A stretch of DNA of 64,000 nucleotides, from the NCBI RefSeq assembly GCF_009914755.1, contig NC_060942.1, one strand, 5' to 3'. Positions within the stretch are counted from its first letter, which is position 1, and the number at the start of each line of letters is the position of its first letter. The notes below the pieces were generated by a model, which worked only from the letters and a program-made list of their open reading frames with translations, had not been told where the DNA came from and searched no databases. The position numbers and the translations under genes are program-made. The DNA is from the human T2T-CHM13v2.0 reference genome, Homo sapiens. This document shows positions 1 through 17,920 of the stretch, piece after piece.

Positions 1-1476
1 AGGATATAGGAATCCCTCTCTATAACTGTCGTTATATCATTATCACCATTCGGTTTCCTAAGGGCAGCTTTTAAGCAACATTCATCTTAATTTTTTTTTT
101 GTTATTATTTAGCTTCCTTAGGTAAGCTTTTAAATATCGCATGACATCTTATTTATATATTTAGAATTTTAACCTAGAAAATCTCTAGACTATGGTTAAG
201 CATTTTTAATTTTAGAAAACATTTATTTCCCTACCTGATCTCAGCAAATTCTCAGAACTGTTGTTTCTTCTTTGACGTCTTTGTGCCAAAATGAGAGAAA
301 TTACACCAGGAAGAAATTTATACACATAAAATGAAGATTAGTGGAAAGTGCTGAGAGAGAAAATGAAAAAATATAATATGTCTGCAAGAGAAATGAACAG
401 CAATAGGATAAATGTATTGATTGATACTATGACATTTTTCTTTTATTAAAATGTATTAAAATCTCAGTAATGTAAGACACCTATAATTTTAAATATTTCT
501 CCAAATATCTATATTGGAATATAAATTCCTTCACCTTCATTATTAATAGACGTCTGAGTCTGAAGAATGTATTCTTTACCTACCACAGTATTTTTTTAAA
601 CCCTCTCATTTTAAATGGTGATTGAATATATTATTTTACTTAGAAGATACCTCAAAGTACAATGATAGATTATATATAATAACACCAACATATTACATGA
701 AGACTAAGATTAATGCTTACAACAATTCTCTAAAATAAGTATCAACATTAATATTATAAAGCTGATAAAGATTGAGAGACTCACCTAATAAACCGTACTA
801 AAGATGATAAAGCTGAGGCTTTCAGCCTGTCTTATCTAACTTCTACCATAAAATTATGAGCTCCTTCAAAGAAAACATAATTTACTTAGTATTTTTGTCC
901 AAAAGTAAACAGAATGCCACAATAGAAGGTAATGAATAATGTACTGAATATCTTTTTACTTGTATATATCTTATTTTATAGAAGTAGCAGTATTTCAACA
1001 GTGTTACATCCTAAAGTAGATATCATGAATCATGAAAAATATGTTCAAACTTGATCAATTAAAAATTATTCAATTCATTTTATAATTCATTGGTGTTTAC
1101 TCAATGAACATTGAATGTAAGAGAGCCCATGCTTTCAAAAAACTTATAATCTTTTGAGAAGCTCATAAACTAATAAATTCAGCAGAGTATAACACATGCA
1201 GTAATAGAGAAATATAAAAGATACAGAAGACATACAATAATGAGAGTTTAGGGAATGTCTTATAAAGGAGCTTAGCTTTAGCTTTACGTAAAGCTAAATT
1301 TGAAGTGTAAATATCAGTTCTTCAAATCTGGCTAAGAAAAGAAAAGAGTTTCAGAAAGAAAAAATGATATATGGAAAAGCAGATTCCAAAAAAAAAAATG
1401 AAGTATGTTTAAATATCTACCTACAAAAGCCAGACAAAAGAGGGTATAATAAGACATTCTGCTGGTTTCTGAAAGC

Positions 1477-1975
1477 AGTAGGGAGCCTCTAAAATGACCC
1501 AAATTATCCTCCTTACTGGTATTACTACCTTTTTATCCCCTCTTCTTTATTGTGGTTAAAACTAGTAACTCTCTTCTTAAAAATAGAATATGGCAAAAAT
1601 GACGAGATGTCACTTTCTGGGACGTGGATATGAAAAGATTGTAACTTCTATCTTGCCCTTCCCCTGTCTTAGAACCTTAACTCTCAGAAAAACAAGCCAC
1701 CATTTTTTCCATAGACATAATGAGACCAAACTGGCAAGAAACTAATGTATCTGGTCAACAGCTAGTGAGAATATGAGGTCTGCCATAAAAGCAAAAAAAA
1801 AAATAAAATTTTAAGACAGCTCTAGGCTGGTGGACAACATGATAGCTTGTTATGAGACTGAGGCAGAGACAGTTAGCTTGGCCATGGCTGGATCCTTGCC
1901 ATCATGAGATGGTACATGTTTGTTGCTTTAATCTGCTAAACTTTGGTATAAATGTACCAATAAATAACGATTACA
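1477..1975 (+). mobile_element. MaLR solo LTR, MLT1F-like, inserted in degraded L2 sequence
   Basis: MLT1-type motifs ctctaaaatgaccc, aatagaatatggcaaaaatgacgagatgtcactt and the 3' end tgttgctttaatctgctaaactttgg...aataacgattaca. Subfamily is from recall and boundaries are approximate. Confidence 0.65.
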
Positions 1976-2520
1976 ATTGGATAAAACAGATGATAGAGAG
2001 TCCATACAAATCACACTGAGGATACTGAAATTTGACCCCAAAGTTATGGAATACATAAAGATTTCAGTAATAGTGGCAATATTCGTAAATTAGTATAACT
2101 GAAATTTCTTTAATATTAATGAAAATGGATATTTGATATTAGAGGCAGAGGGCAGAAAAGCCTAATGGGAGAGGAATTCATCTCAGCAAAAAACAGTGAA
2201 GTTTGAAAGGCAGAAGTGGAACTCAGAAACACATAGAATGCAAAGCAGGAGACCTTTGTTGCAATCAATTCAGAGGAGGCAAATGAAGAACAGTCTACGA
2301 TGATGTCAAGATTTTCAGTCTAAATGATTGGCTGGATAAAGAGGCCACCATTAATCCCAAGAAAGACCAAAAAGGAAGAATAAGTTTGAGTTAAGTGGGG
2401 AAGGAAGGGGGCAAAGGATGATTTCCATCTTCAGCTTGTCAGACATTTGAAGGGCTTACGGTACCCTGAAGTGGAAGTGTGAGTGAATGAAAGCTTCTGG
2501 GGAGGAAGAAGAGAAAGGCC

Positions 2521-2547
2521 AAAAAAAAAAAAAAAAAAAAAAAAAAA
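2521..2547 (+). repeat. poly(A) run (A27) flanked by direct AAAGGCC(A) copies
   Basis: gagaaaggcc-A27-ggccagc is read directly. It generates the poly-K and poly-F ORFs in the track. Confidence 0.9.
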
Positions 2548-4554
2548 GGCCAGCATCCATGTTGAACACCAGCATCTACACTGTGGAAAGAAGATAAGGA
2601 GGAAGGAAAAGAGACAGAAGGGAGTATCAGAAAGCTGCAAAGAGAGCTGGGGGAGCCCAAGGTCATAGAAATCAAGGAGGAAGGATTGCTGCAGAAGACA
2701 AGAGGGAGGTGCCAAATTCAGCAAGAAAAATAGTTGCTTGAAGCCTGGCAGAGAGTTGTAGAGCTCTGGAAGCACCTGACTACCAGAGCTGTAGCATTTT
2801 CACTACTGCTGTAGGTATGCTTAAGATTGATATTCTGTCTTCCTTGTCCAGAGCCTGAGTTCTGAGCATTCATTAACTCTTATTTGCTTTTCTATACCAA
2901 GATAAGCACTACAAGAAGGCCATGTGTCATGGATATATAAACTATATTTTGAATTTAATTTTTTTCATGTTTTTTTTTAGCAATGAGAGGAAATAAAAAC
3001 CTGTTACTAAATGGTTCACCGTCAAGGGTTGTCAATGAAGTCTGGCATTAGTTGCTATCTTGAAACAGGAGCGGGGTACTAGCCTCACTGAGAAAAATGG
3101 GGAATATAATTTTTTGACCTATCTAATAGTGAAAACACTTCAAAAAAAGAGAAAATCACATCAACTTGTGTTTTCTTAATTCCTCCATCAGACATCTTTC
3201 CTCCACTATTCTTTGGATTTATTCATCAAATAAAGTCTCTTCCTATTTATAAGTTAGAAATAACTAAATTAGACCCACACAGGTTTCTACTAGCCCCTCA
3301 CCCAATACAAGCATTTCACTTGCAAAGCAAACATTTATTTTCTGAAGCAAGTTAATCTGACTCCCCAATTAATAATGTTGAGGTAAAGATAATAATGTTC
3401 TTTTTAGGCCTTCCAATTTTCTCAGTCTGTTTTCTCTCTCTAGGTATGCAAAATACGAAGGCAGAGAGAAAGTTTTAGAACACACCTATATGACCCAAGT
3501 AATGAGTTTCCATGTGTGCCCTGGAGGTTGGAAGAGGAGTCAAGACAGATGCTGGAGGCAGATGGGCCTTAAGGCACAGACTGCCCTTGGGGTATCATTT
3601 CACAGGTATTTGGTGCAGCAACTGGAAAGTCAGATCATTTTCCATTTACACATATCCCAGCGGGTAGAGACCATAAGTGCTCTGAATCCATGGTGGCTGC
3701 AGGTGCCAAGTCCTGTGGTCATGACCATAAGTTTATCCCTGCTCCTGCTGTTCATGGTGTTGCTATTTAATACCATGGAAAACATTCTGCTTTCCAGCAT
3801 GATAGCAGCACGGGAGCAATGTGTGTTCTCTCTCAACTGAAGGGATGGTCTTTTACTTCTATAGTACCAGATGGATCCAAATTTAATTTCGGCTAAAACC
3901 CTGTGAATGAACAGTCCTAAAGTGAGAATTCAGAAGCTCATGCTCATTCCTCAACCATTGAAAAGGGAAGGATGCATTGAAAGGGATGAAAAAAGAAAAA
4001 CGAATCTTTCAAGTCGTGATTCTCTTACATTATTTTGGTGAAAGATATTCAGATTTCTATTCTTCTTTATTTAATGAAACATATCCAACAGCAGGAGAGA
4101 GAATTACATATAGTCTGCAGGCACGAACAATCTCCTATAATACTGTTGTTTCCAGCAACGTTTACCCAGCTATGAAAAATATTTATCCAATAACCCCAGG
4201 ACCTTGAAAAGAAATGAGCTGTCTGTGACCCTGACCTGAAGTTGTTTAATTACCTCTTCAAGAGAAGTTTTTGCTTTCATATTTTGTTTTCAGCATTTTC
4301 TGATAATGTTGGTAAAGTTTTCATTTTTTTCCTTAGTTTACTTAGTTTTTAACCCCTTAATTTTTAAAATTTACATTCATTTTGTATTTATGTTTTAATT
4401 TTGAGTTTATATAGACATTTTGTTTCTTAAAACTGAGTATTAGTAAATCAAGCAAACAAAACAAAACCAAACTTTGGGAATCACTTGTATTTACAGTCCT
4501 TTCCATATAGATGGGATTAGACAATTTAAACATCTTAAGTAATCTTTTAATTTT

Positions 4555-4820
4555 TATCTTTTTGGGAAAAAAGCAGGTGTATATATTTATGGGTTACATA
4601 AGATATTTTCATACAGGAACACAATGCATAATAATCACATCAGAGTAATGGAGTGTTCATCACCTCAAACATTTATCCTTTCTTTGGGTTACAGGAAAAT
4701 CAATTATGCTCTTTTAGTTATTTTAAAGTGCACAATAAATTATTGTTGACTGTAGTTACTCTTCTGTGATATCAAATCCTAGGTCTTATTCATCCTATTG
4801 AATTAAATTTTTGTATTTTT
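4555..4820 (-). mobile_element. L1MA-type 3' end fragment
   Basis: gtgtatatatttatgggttacataagatatttt...aataatcacatcagagtaatgg matches the antisense L1MA 3' UTR terminus and resembles the copies at 14.9 kb and 55.2 kb. Confidence 0.75.
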
Positions 4821-5729
4821 TTGTCAAAGGGGCAAAATGAGTTCACTTAAAGGAATACTAAAATACTTATAAATAAATGTAAAATACATGATCTAAGATT
4901 TCTACTTCATCAGAGAACAATTCTGATTAGTTTTTTCCCAAAAATTATATTAGACTGTAGATTTGAGATTTTTAAAAACAAGCACCCTATGATCAGATCG
5001 TATTATTAGGACCTATAATAGAAAACAAGGTGATATGACACTAGTATAGGAGAAGGTGACAGATTTGGGGGTTTGAAAAGAATGGAGTGAGTTTCAATTG
5101 CCCTCTTTAGTATGGGTGGGAAGCTCAGCAGGTGACATAGGAGGCTGGCTGGGCAGCACGGGAGACCCTGCTAGAAAATGGAGCCCACCCTGTCTCATTA
5201 CTGGCATCCATTTGTACTGCATGGGCTCTTTTTAAACAGCAATGATCAAGCTGGTACAATGTGAAGAGGGCATTTACCTGGATTCAAGGAGGATTTCATT
5301 TTATGTTGAAGAAAAGTTGAACATTTTTGGAATGGAAGGGTTAGAATATGGGCCAGAGCATGGTTAAATGAAGAGACCACTAGACATGAAAGGGAAGGGT
5401 TTCAGCTGAAAGAAGATTGAAGGCACTGGAGGCCTGGGGGAACTGAAAGAAATGTAGTGGGGTGAGATACATGAGGGAGTAAAATGTTAGAGTCTGAACA
5501 GGATTCCCAGCATGATCTGGAGGACATGGTGCTGTGGGCTTGTCAGGTAGGCAGGAAGGCTCAGACACAAATGAGGAGCAGCTCAATACAGGTGAGAAGC
5601 CAAGAGGCTGAGGCTCTGGCAGTGACCTGGTGTGGGAGGCAGCCCAGGTTTGGGATGGAGGAGTGGAGTGTGGCATGGGCGACACAGTCTCTAACTAAGG
5701 AGTGAAAATTATCATCAGTGAATGAGAGT

Positions 5730-6275
5730 GGCCAAGGGGTATGGCGATTCCACCCTAAGCCCCAGGACTGCAAATACGTCATCTTACATGGCAAAAAGGA
5801 CTTTGTGTATGTGCTTTAAGTTACTAATCAGTTGATTTTAAGAAATATCCAGGTGTGCCTGAGTAATCACACGAGCCTTTAAAAGCATAAGGGGGAGTCC
5901 AAGAAACTCAAAGCACTAGGGTCTGGCTTTGATGGAGCAGGGGACAACAAGCCAAGGAGTGCGGGCAGCCTTGGGGCCTGAGGTTGTCCCCCCAGCTGAC
6001 AGCCAGTAAGGAAATGGGAACCTCATAACCATATCAGCAAGCAACTGGGATTTTGTCAATGGCCTGAATAATGCTGCAGACAGGAGCCTCTAAATAAGAG
6101 CCCAGACTCTCTGAACTCCAATTTTGTCCTTACAGGATGCTAAGCACAGTGCCCAATTGAGCCCACCAGAATTCTGATACTTCTGACCTGTAGAATTATG
6201 AGATAATAGATGGATGTTGTTTTAAGCTGCCAAATGGTGGTATTATTTTCAGCAGCAACGGAAAACAAATTCGTA
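5730..6275 (+). mobile_element. MaLR LTR, MLT1E/D-like
   Basis: cttacatggcaaaaaggactttg, cagctgacagccagtaaggaaatgggaacctc and 3' end ttttaagctgccaaatggtggtattattttcagcagcaacggaaaac are MLT1 hallmarks. Confidence 0.75.
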
Positions 6276-8327
6276 CCCAGTTGTCACCACCATTATGTCT
6301 TTTCATAAAGTAATGGAAGGACAATAAAATAGACTCCAATGTGTGAACTGAACTGGAAAGGACTGTGACTCTTGGGAACATGAAACAGAATAATAAGATT
6401 TGAGAGATTTGGAAGGAATTTAACATGTTTGAAGAAAGAGAGGCTTCAGGTAAGGTGAAATACAGGAGAAACCTTAGAAAAGAGTATGGATGCAGAAAAT
6501 GGAGACAAATGTCCTGGTTGAAGAGGTTCCATGGCTGAGCAGGCTGAGCAGGCAGTGGTACGGATTCAGGCTGTGTGATGAGAGGAGATATTTTCTCCAC
6601 GTTGTGTGGGAAAGGCAGGGACAGGCAGCACATCTCTTGAATAGGAAACAATTTATGATCTCTGTATAGAGGTAAGTACACAAAAACAAGTAGTTTCTGG
6701 GTAGGTAAGGATGGGAAATTTTATGTATGAAGCAACTTGGGATAAGAAATTTCATTTGAAGAAGGCTAGCATTCAATTACAGAAAAAAAATGAAGTTGAG
6801 TGTTTCCGTATCCTCTGGCCATATCCTATCGTACTCTTAACCCTTTTTAAAAGTCAGAGTCTTTACATAGCTTCTCTCTTATTTATAGTTGATCCTCTTA
6901 AAATTTCTATTTTACTGATTTGCACAATTAATGGAGGAGCTGGGATGCTGAATCCAGAGCTCACGTACATGAGCATTAAATTATATTGCTCAATAAAGGT
7001 ACTACTTATGGCTGTGATGGATAGAAAGGGAAAGATCTATCCTAGACCTTAAAGCATTATTAAGATATAAAGAGTCAAAAGAGAAATATCACTTACAAAA
7101 TAATGTTTTAAAATCTCTATCTGCACATTTAGTCTGTGAGATCCGATGTGCATTTTAGGTGCATGTAATTGTAACCATACTTTAAAATAATTTTTTCAAA
7201 TTTCTCTTACAGATTTTGGCTCCTATAAATGATACTTCTGGGAAATTAAGATATAGATGATACACATCACAACTCCTTCAACCACAAGTAAATCAAGCAC
7301 ATTGGTAATCCTTTACAAAATTTAAGAAAATTTAATTACGTTATTTCTTCTATTTGAATTTTCAGGTGTATGGCAAATATCTCACCAAAGAAAATTATTA
7401 GTGAAACCTCAAATTGAGCAGTTATTACTCTTTCACAAAATTATATCTTATAGAATCCTTGAGCGCATCAAGTGAACTGCAATGTCATGAGTAATAAATT
7501 AAAAAGAACGTACCCATTCATGTGTTGAGTTTTCACTCAGAGACCTGGGATGATCATTGATATTTTCTTCCCAGAAAAATATACAAAGAAACTGACTCGG
7601 TGTTTTAATATTCTCTGTATTTGTTATTCATGTTTTTCTGGACAAATTACCTTTTACTACATTTTATAAGTAAGATAAAAAGAAAATATCATTCTACTGC
7701 CTTGGAATTTTAAGTAGTTTATTACCTAACAGTTATTTTTATTTGAGGAGAAGAGAAATGATCATCAATCATAGAAATATATTTACTTAAGCAAGAAACA
7801 TAAAGTTGTCTCAGTCTTCTCATTTACTCTGGGAAATGAGTAATATAGCTAATTGAGAAAACATATTTATATATAACTTTCCACATGACCGATTATTTAC
7901 AGATATGTCACTGCTACTAAAGGATTAACTTGTTTCTTACATAAATCTTAAAAACTAGACTGCTCATAAATGCAGCTATTACACTAAAGAATTCAGATTC
8001 CAATCTCAATAATAGTAAATACCACTTTCTGTATAATGTAAAGAATCTGGACTTTTTTTTTTTTAACAATAATATTATATTATTTTATTTTTTTCCAATT
8101 CTTTTTTTTTAATTTTATTATTATTATACTTTAAGTTTTAGGGTACATGTGCACAATGTGCAGGTTAGTTACATATGTATACATGTGCCATGCTGCTGTG
8201 CTGCACCCATTAACTCGTCATTTAGCATTAGGTATATCTCCTAAAGTTATCCCTCCCCCCTCCCCCCACCCCACAACAGTCCCCAGAGTGTGATGTTCCC
8301 CTTCCTGTGTCCATGTGTTCTCATTGT

Positions 8328-11880
<3,553 letters not shown>

Positions 11881-13691
11881 AAATATTTTTAATACCAACT
11901 GGATATTTCTAAATAAATATTTTAGAAATATTATAATCAAATCGCAATCTCAAGACTGAATATTAATAGCAAACAGAAGCAACTTAAAAATATACATAGA
12001 TATTACACATGTAAAGAAAAAGTACATACATGTCCACAGTCAAAAGAAATAGATAATAATACACAACACTCCAGTTAGTTTTCGACAAAAAATGTTTTCC
12101 ACCTTCCACCCCACCCATTACTCTTTGAGTAGGTTCTGAATGATGATAGCAAAATGAGTAATGCTAGCTGACATCATTATGAATGGCAGCCTAAAAAAAA
12201 TGCACGAAGGACATGCTCGTTACAGGCCCTACATCACAGATTCTATTGCAGCTTTGAAGCTAAAAACTAAATCTGTTTCCTGATGTGTTAATGGAACTAA
12301 TAACTCCCATTTCTGCCTCGAATTCCTTTTCATTTCCCTAACTCTGAAAGCAAGGGAGACTTAAGGTTTGCAAAGTAAATACCAAGTAGCAACCTCAGTT
12401 GCTGTTTCTTGAACATACAAACTGAACAGTAGAAACTATTATTAAACCTGAATTTTGATCATTGTTTGTGCAGATGAAATATATTTCAAAACCAAAATAA
12501 GTATTAAGCATAATTAATAAGAGCCTCTTCCCAATGTACATCTGAATGAGAGTGCAAAATAATTATTCAAACTTTCTACCTTGCAAACACTTTACAATAA
12601 GAAGATGTATTCAGTTGCTTCCAAGTTGTAACTCTGAACTATTAGGATTAAGCATTTATAGATATTTCTTGGGCTATGCCTTTTGTAATTACTGTCAAAA
12701 TGTGTTTTATCTAGTACAATACAGCGAGTTTTTCTGAAACATTTTGCTAAGTAGATAGTCTATAATATACAAGTTATGAAAATCAGAAAAGTGAGGATTT
12801 TGTGCAACATTTTTATTATAAAAATTTATGTCCATTTCATGTACCTAATTCACAACAGAGTGTGTTGGGAGTTTACTATGAGTCAAGTAACACTAATTAC
12901 TCTTCTACAATGTAGCTTTATTTGTAAATTTTATTTACATTACACATAAAACCAAGTAAAACCTATGGCATTTTAACGTTTTTTTTTTAACTAAAAGGTC
13001 AAATCCTAGAGAAAATTAATCAATAATTGTAAAACCTAAGTTTCACATTATTCTGTGCTTAGGTAAAGCCATATACAAATATAACAGTCTAAAAATGTGT
13101 AAATAGATCCTCACATATTATGAAGAAAGATATTTATCTCAGTATATCCATCTGAATGTTCTCAGGATGAAAAAGCCACTACAAATATTAAAAGATTAGG
13201 AGGCAGTATATACAAATTACTGTTTGCACAAGAGTGTGAAGAGCAAAGAAGAATATTCAATAACCACTGCAGCTCAAAGCCTTGGTGCCAGAGCAAAGGC
13301 CAGAGAGTGCAGACAAGTGTGAGAGGCAGGATGCACAGGGCTGCAAAGTGAGAGCCCGTGGAGGGTTCCTGAATCTGCCTGGACGGTGGCCCGGGAGCTC
13401 CTGCGGAGGTCTGCACAGCATCTGGGTGCGTGGCAGCCTCTAAATGTGTAGAAACAGCCTGCTCCCTAGGCGCCCCGCATCTGAGCCTCACTGTGTACGA
13501 CAGTCATCAACTTCTGAGAATAAATGCTTCCACTGCCTTCCCACCATCTCAATCTTGTGTCAGTTTCTCTAATTCACAGATTTTTAACCAGGGGCTTCAG
13601 AGAAAATAGGAGTTAGAAAATAATTCCCATCCTTGAAAGGGACTGGGGTGGGGATGCCTAGGAGAGTTATTAAACTGGTCTAGCATCCTTC

Positions 13692-14026
13692 TAGGGGTAG
13701 AATTTTGTCTCCCTCTAAATTCATACGTTGAAGCCCTGTCCCTCACTATGGCTATGTTTGCAGTCAGGGCTTTTAGGAGATGATTAAGGATAATGAAATA
13801 AGAGTGAGGCCCTGATCTGATAGGGTTCATCTCTCTGTCCCCACACATAGATACCCCAGAAAGACCATGTAAGCACACAGCCATCCGCAAGCCTTCACCA
13901 GAAAACAACCAAACTACCACCCTGATCTCAGACTTTCAGCCTCCAGAACCATGAGAAAATAAATTCACAGTGTTTGCACCATCCAGCCAATGGTATTTTC
14001 TTACAGCAGCCTGAACTGACTAATAC
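13692..14026 (+). mobile_element. MaLR solo LTR, MLT1A-like, followed by a short (CA)n
   Basis: aaattcatacgttgaagccct at the start; ccctgatctcagactttcagcctccagaaccatgagaaaataaatt...gactaataca at the end. Confidence 0.8.
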
Positions 14027-14596
14027 ACACACACACACACGCAGGCACTACCTTTACTGTAAATGGTTCACAGTCTAAAGTTTGGCATTGTATTTCTGAT
14101 TTCTTTTCTGTGATAGGCAACGTGACTAAATATCTAGAACAAAATATAAGTAAATCTAGTAGAATAATGATATTTAGATATTTTTACCAAATGAAAGTGT
14201 CTAGACAGAAAATATTTCAGAGTTTAGAATTCCCTAAAAACAGTACATTTATAAAAGAAGAAAGTCCAGAGGCTAATAGTCATTGCTTCCACCAGATACA
14301 TTATCTATAATATAAGCAGATTTTAAGTAGGGGTTATAAGAAAATCAGTTACAAACATATAAATGTGTGCCCTAAATATATGTCTACTTTTAAGAAAGCT
14401 ATTCCCAAAATTGCAGATTTGACTTTTTCTGTGTTTTTCTTTAACGTAATTGAAAACTCCCATTTTGAATCTGGTCTGGCCTTGTAACTTGCCTTGTTCA
14501 ATGCAATGTGGTGCTGGAAGTGATGATGGGGAACTTCCTAGCTCTAGTCTTAGGAGGACTAGAACATTTCTTTGTATTTATTTATTCATTTACTTT

Positions 14597-14849
<253 letters not shown>

Positions 14850-16103
14850 TATTTATTTATTTATTTACTTTTGATTTTTGTGGGTACATAGTATCTGTAT
14901 ATCTTTATGGGCTACGAGGGATATTTTGATATAGACATGCAATGTGTAATAATCACATCATGGAAAATACAGTATTCACCACCTTTGTGATGAGGAAAGC
15001 ATTTTTCCTTTGTCTTACAAACAATCCAGTTACATTCTTTAAGCTATTTTAAAATATACAATTAAGTTATTTTTGACTATAGTCACCTTGTTGTGTAAGC
15101 AAACACTAGGTCTCATTCATTCTTTCTAACTATTTTCTTGTATCCATTAACCACCCTCATTCCCCCACCACTGTCCCTCTCTAATTATCCTACCCAGCCT
15201 CTGGTAAGCATCATCCTACTCTCTATCTCTATGAGGTCATTTTAATTTTTAGCTTTCACTAATATGTGAGAACATGCAAAGTTTGTCTTTCTGTGCCAAG
15301 TTTATTTCATTTAACATAATGACCTCCAGTTTCATCCATGTTGTTGCAAGTAACATAATCTTTCTTCATGGCTGAATACTACTCCATTGTGTATATGTAC
15401 CACATTTTCTTTATCCATTCATCTGTTGATGGATACTTAGGTTGCTTCCAAATCTTGCTACTGGGAATAGTCCTGCAATAAATATGGGAGTGCAGGTATC
15501 TCTTCGATGTACTTATTTCCTGTTTGTGGGGGTATATAACCAGCAGTAGATTTGCTGGATCATATGGCAGCTCTATTTTCAGTTGTTTGAGAAACATCCA
15601 AACTGTTCTCCATAGGAGTTGTACTAATTTACATTCCCAACAACAGTGTACAAGAGTTCCCTTTTCTTCACATCCTCACCAGCATTTGTTATTGATTGAC
15701 TTTGGATAAAAGCCATTTTAACTGGGATGAGATGATATCTCATTGTAGTTTTGATTTGCAGTTCTCTGATGACCAATGACGTTGAGCACCTTTTCATATG
15801 CCTGTTTGCCATTTGTATGTCTTCTTTTGAGAAATGTCTATTCAGGTATTTTGCCTATTTTTAAACATATTATTAGATTTTTTCCCTATAGAGTTGTTAG
15901 AGCTCCTTATATATTCTGGTTTATTAATCCCTTGTCAGATGGGGAGTTTGCCAGTATTATCTCCCATTCTATGTGTTGTCTCTTCACTTTGTTCACTGTT
16001 TTCCTTGCTGTGCAGAAGCTTTTTAAATTGATGTGATTTTATTTGTCAATTTTCGCTTTGGTTGCCTGTGCTTGTGGGGTATTACTCAAGAAATCTTTGC
16101 CTG
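14850..16103 (-). mobile_element. L1MA (L1MA2/3-like) 3' ~1.25 kb
   Basis: Antisense 3' UTR plus ORF2 C-terminal peptides [33 protein letters not shown] and IKTTMRYHL. Confidence 0.9.
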
Positions 16104-16537
16104 GGTTAGACACTTTTATATCCTCCTTTGTAGAAGTCAACCACCACCATGTGTAAGTCAGTCCAGTCTAGACAACTGAATGCTTGAAGGACTGGAGAGG
16201 ACACTGTGGACAATGAGAGGCCTACTTGGTGGCTCTGGCCCTCTCTGAGCTTATGGCTCAATGATGCTGACTGGGTGGCTCCAGCAGCAACAGACAGAGT
16301 TTGGAAAAGCAGCACAACTGAACCCTGCCTGAATCCTGACTGATAGAATCATTTAAAAGGTGAAAAAAATGTTGTATGAATACACTAAGTTCTGGGGCAA
16401 CCTACGATACAGCAATAGAGAAGGGACACAAAATTTTGTATCTGGAATGGGAGTGCTACTGAAAAATTTGAAAGATATCATTGATTTTGGACCAGGTTGA
16501 GCATTCCAGGTGAAACACTGAAAGTGTCAGTCAGCTT

Positions 16538-17052
16538 CTTTTTATTTATTTATTTATTATTATTTTTTTAATTATACTTTAAGTTCTGGGGTACCTGTGC
16601 AGAACGTGCATGTTTGTTACATAGGTATACACGTGCCATGGTGGTTCGCTGCACCCATCAACTTGTCACCTACATCAGTTATTTCTCCTGATGTTATCCC
16701 TCCCCTACCCCTCCACCCCGTGACAGGCCCTGGTGTGTGATGTTCCTCTTCCTAAGTCTGTGTGTTCTCATGGTTCATCTCCCACTTATGAGTGAGAACA
16801 TGCAGTGTTTGGTTTTCTGTCCTCGTGATGGTTTGCTGAGAATGATGGTTTCCAGCTTCAACCATGTCCCTGCAAGGGACATGAACTCATCCTTTTTTAT
16901 GGCTGCATAGTATTCCATGGTGTATATGTGTCACATTTTCTTTATCCAGTCTATTATTGATGGACATTTAGGTTGGTTCCAAGTCTTTGCTATTGTGAAT
17001 AGTGCCTCAATAAACATACATTCGCATGTGTCTTTATAGTAACATGATTTAT
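16538..17052 (-). mobile_element. L1PA (L1PA6-8-like) 3' end, ~0.5 kb
   Basis: T-rich tail, then attatactttaagttctggggtac... and the ORF2 terminus; homologous to 8120-8603. Confidence 0.92.
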
Positions 17053-17631
17053 CTGTAAATAGCTTAGGATGAAGTGTGGAAAGAGAGAAAAGCTAAAGAA
17101 AAAGTTTTTTAGTTTTCAAGCAGAATTTAGAAGAAGCAGTTCCAAACCAGACTTATTCTATTGAAAAATAAAATTGCTTCTCACTTTGAACCTCTCTGGA
17201 TAGCAAAAACTTCTCAAAGTTAAAAACTAAAAATAAAAATGAATTTTAAAAATGATAGCTTCAAAGTAAAGATGAAATCTAGGGTCCAGGGGACTCCACG
17301 TAAAATACAGCTTCAGTGGAAACATTAAATAGGTTTGTGTCTGCACAGTATTTTTTGAAATTTCAGAAAGATTTAAAGTGTTACATTGTAGATGTTATCA
17401 ACAAACTAAAAAGCCATCTAAAAATCTTAAAGGTTTTGTCCTTTAGCATTCTGACTGGCAGCCCAAATGTAAAGAGAAATTCAGCACATATAGTTTTATG
17501 GGAGGGGCTTTTAATATAGGAAATGCATGATTATTTTACGCATGAGAAGCCCACAGAGTTTTTAAAGGAGGTATATCTGCTTATATTTAAAGGAGCAATG
17601 ATGGTTTAAAAATAATGATTTTAAAAAAAGC

Positions 17632-17920
17632 GGCCGGGTGGGGTGGCTCACGCCTGTAATCCTAGCACTTTGGGGGGCTGAGGCGGGTGGATCATGAGGT
17701 CAGGAGATCGAGACCTACCTGGCCAACTTGGTGAAACCCCATCTCTACTGAAATACAAAATTTAGCCTGGCATGGTGGCACACATCTGTAGTCCCGGCTA
17801 CTCGGGAGGCTGAGGCAGGAGAATCGCTTGAACCCGGGGGGCAGAGGTGTCAGTGAGCACTACAGCCTGCCAACAGAGCAAGACTCCATCACAAAAAATA
17901 AAAATAAAATAAAATAAAAA
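17632..17920 (+). mobile_element. AluS (Sc-like) with a ~17-bp deletion in the right arm
   Basis: ggccgggtggggtggctcacgcctgtaat start; a cagtgagc|actacagcct junction lacking the usual cgagatcgcgccactgc; (TAAAA)n tail. Confidence 0.95.

Noticed and set aside
3490-3900. GC-richer stretch with overlapping 116-aa (+) and 68-aa (-) ORFs and a minus-strand acceptor-like site
   Set aside because: No translation resembles a protein I recognise and there is no convincing acceptor/donor pair. A lncRNA exon cannot be excluded.
13160-13680. Locally GC/CpG-richer patch as a CpG island or promoter
   Set aside because: It is too short and CpG-poor for an island. The 3' part looks like a decayed ERVL-type LTR that I could not assign confidently.
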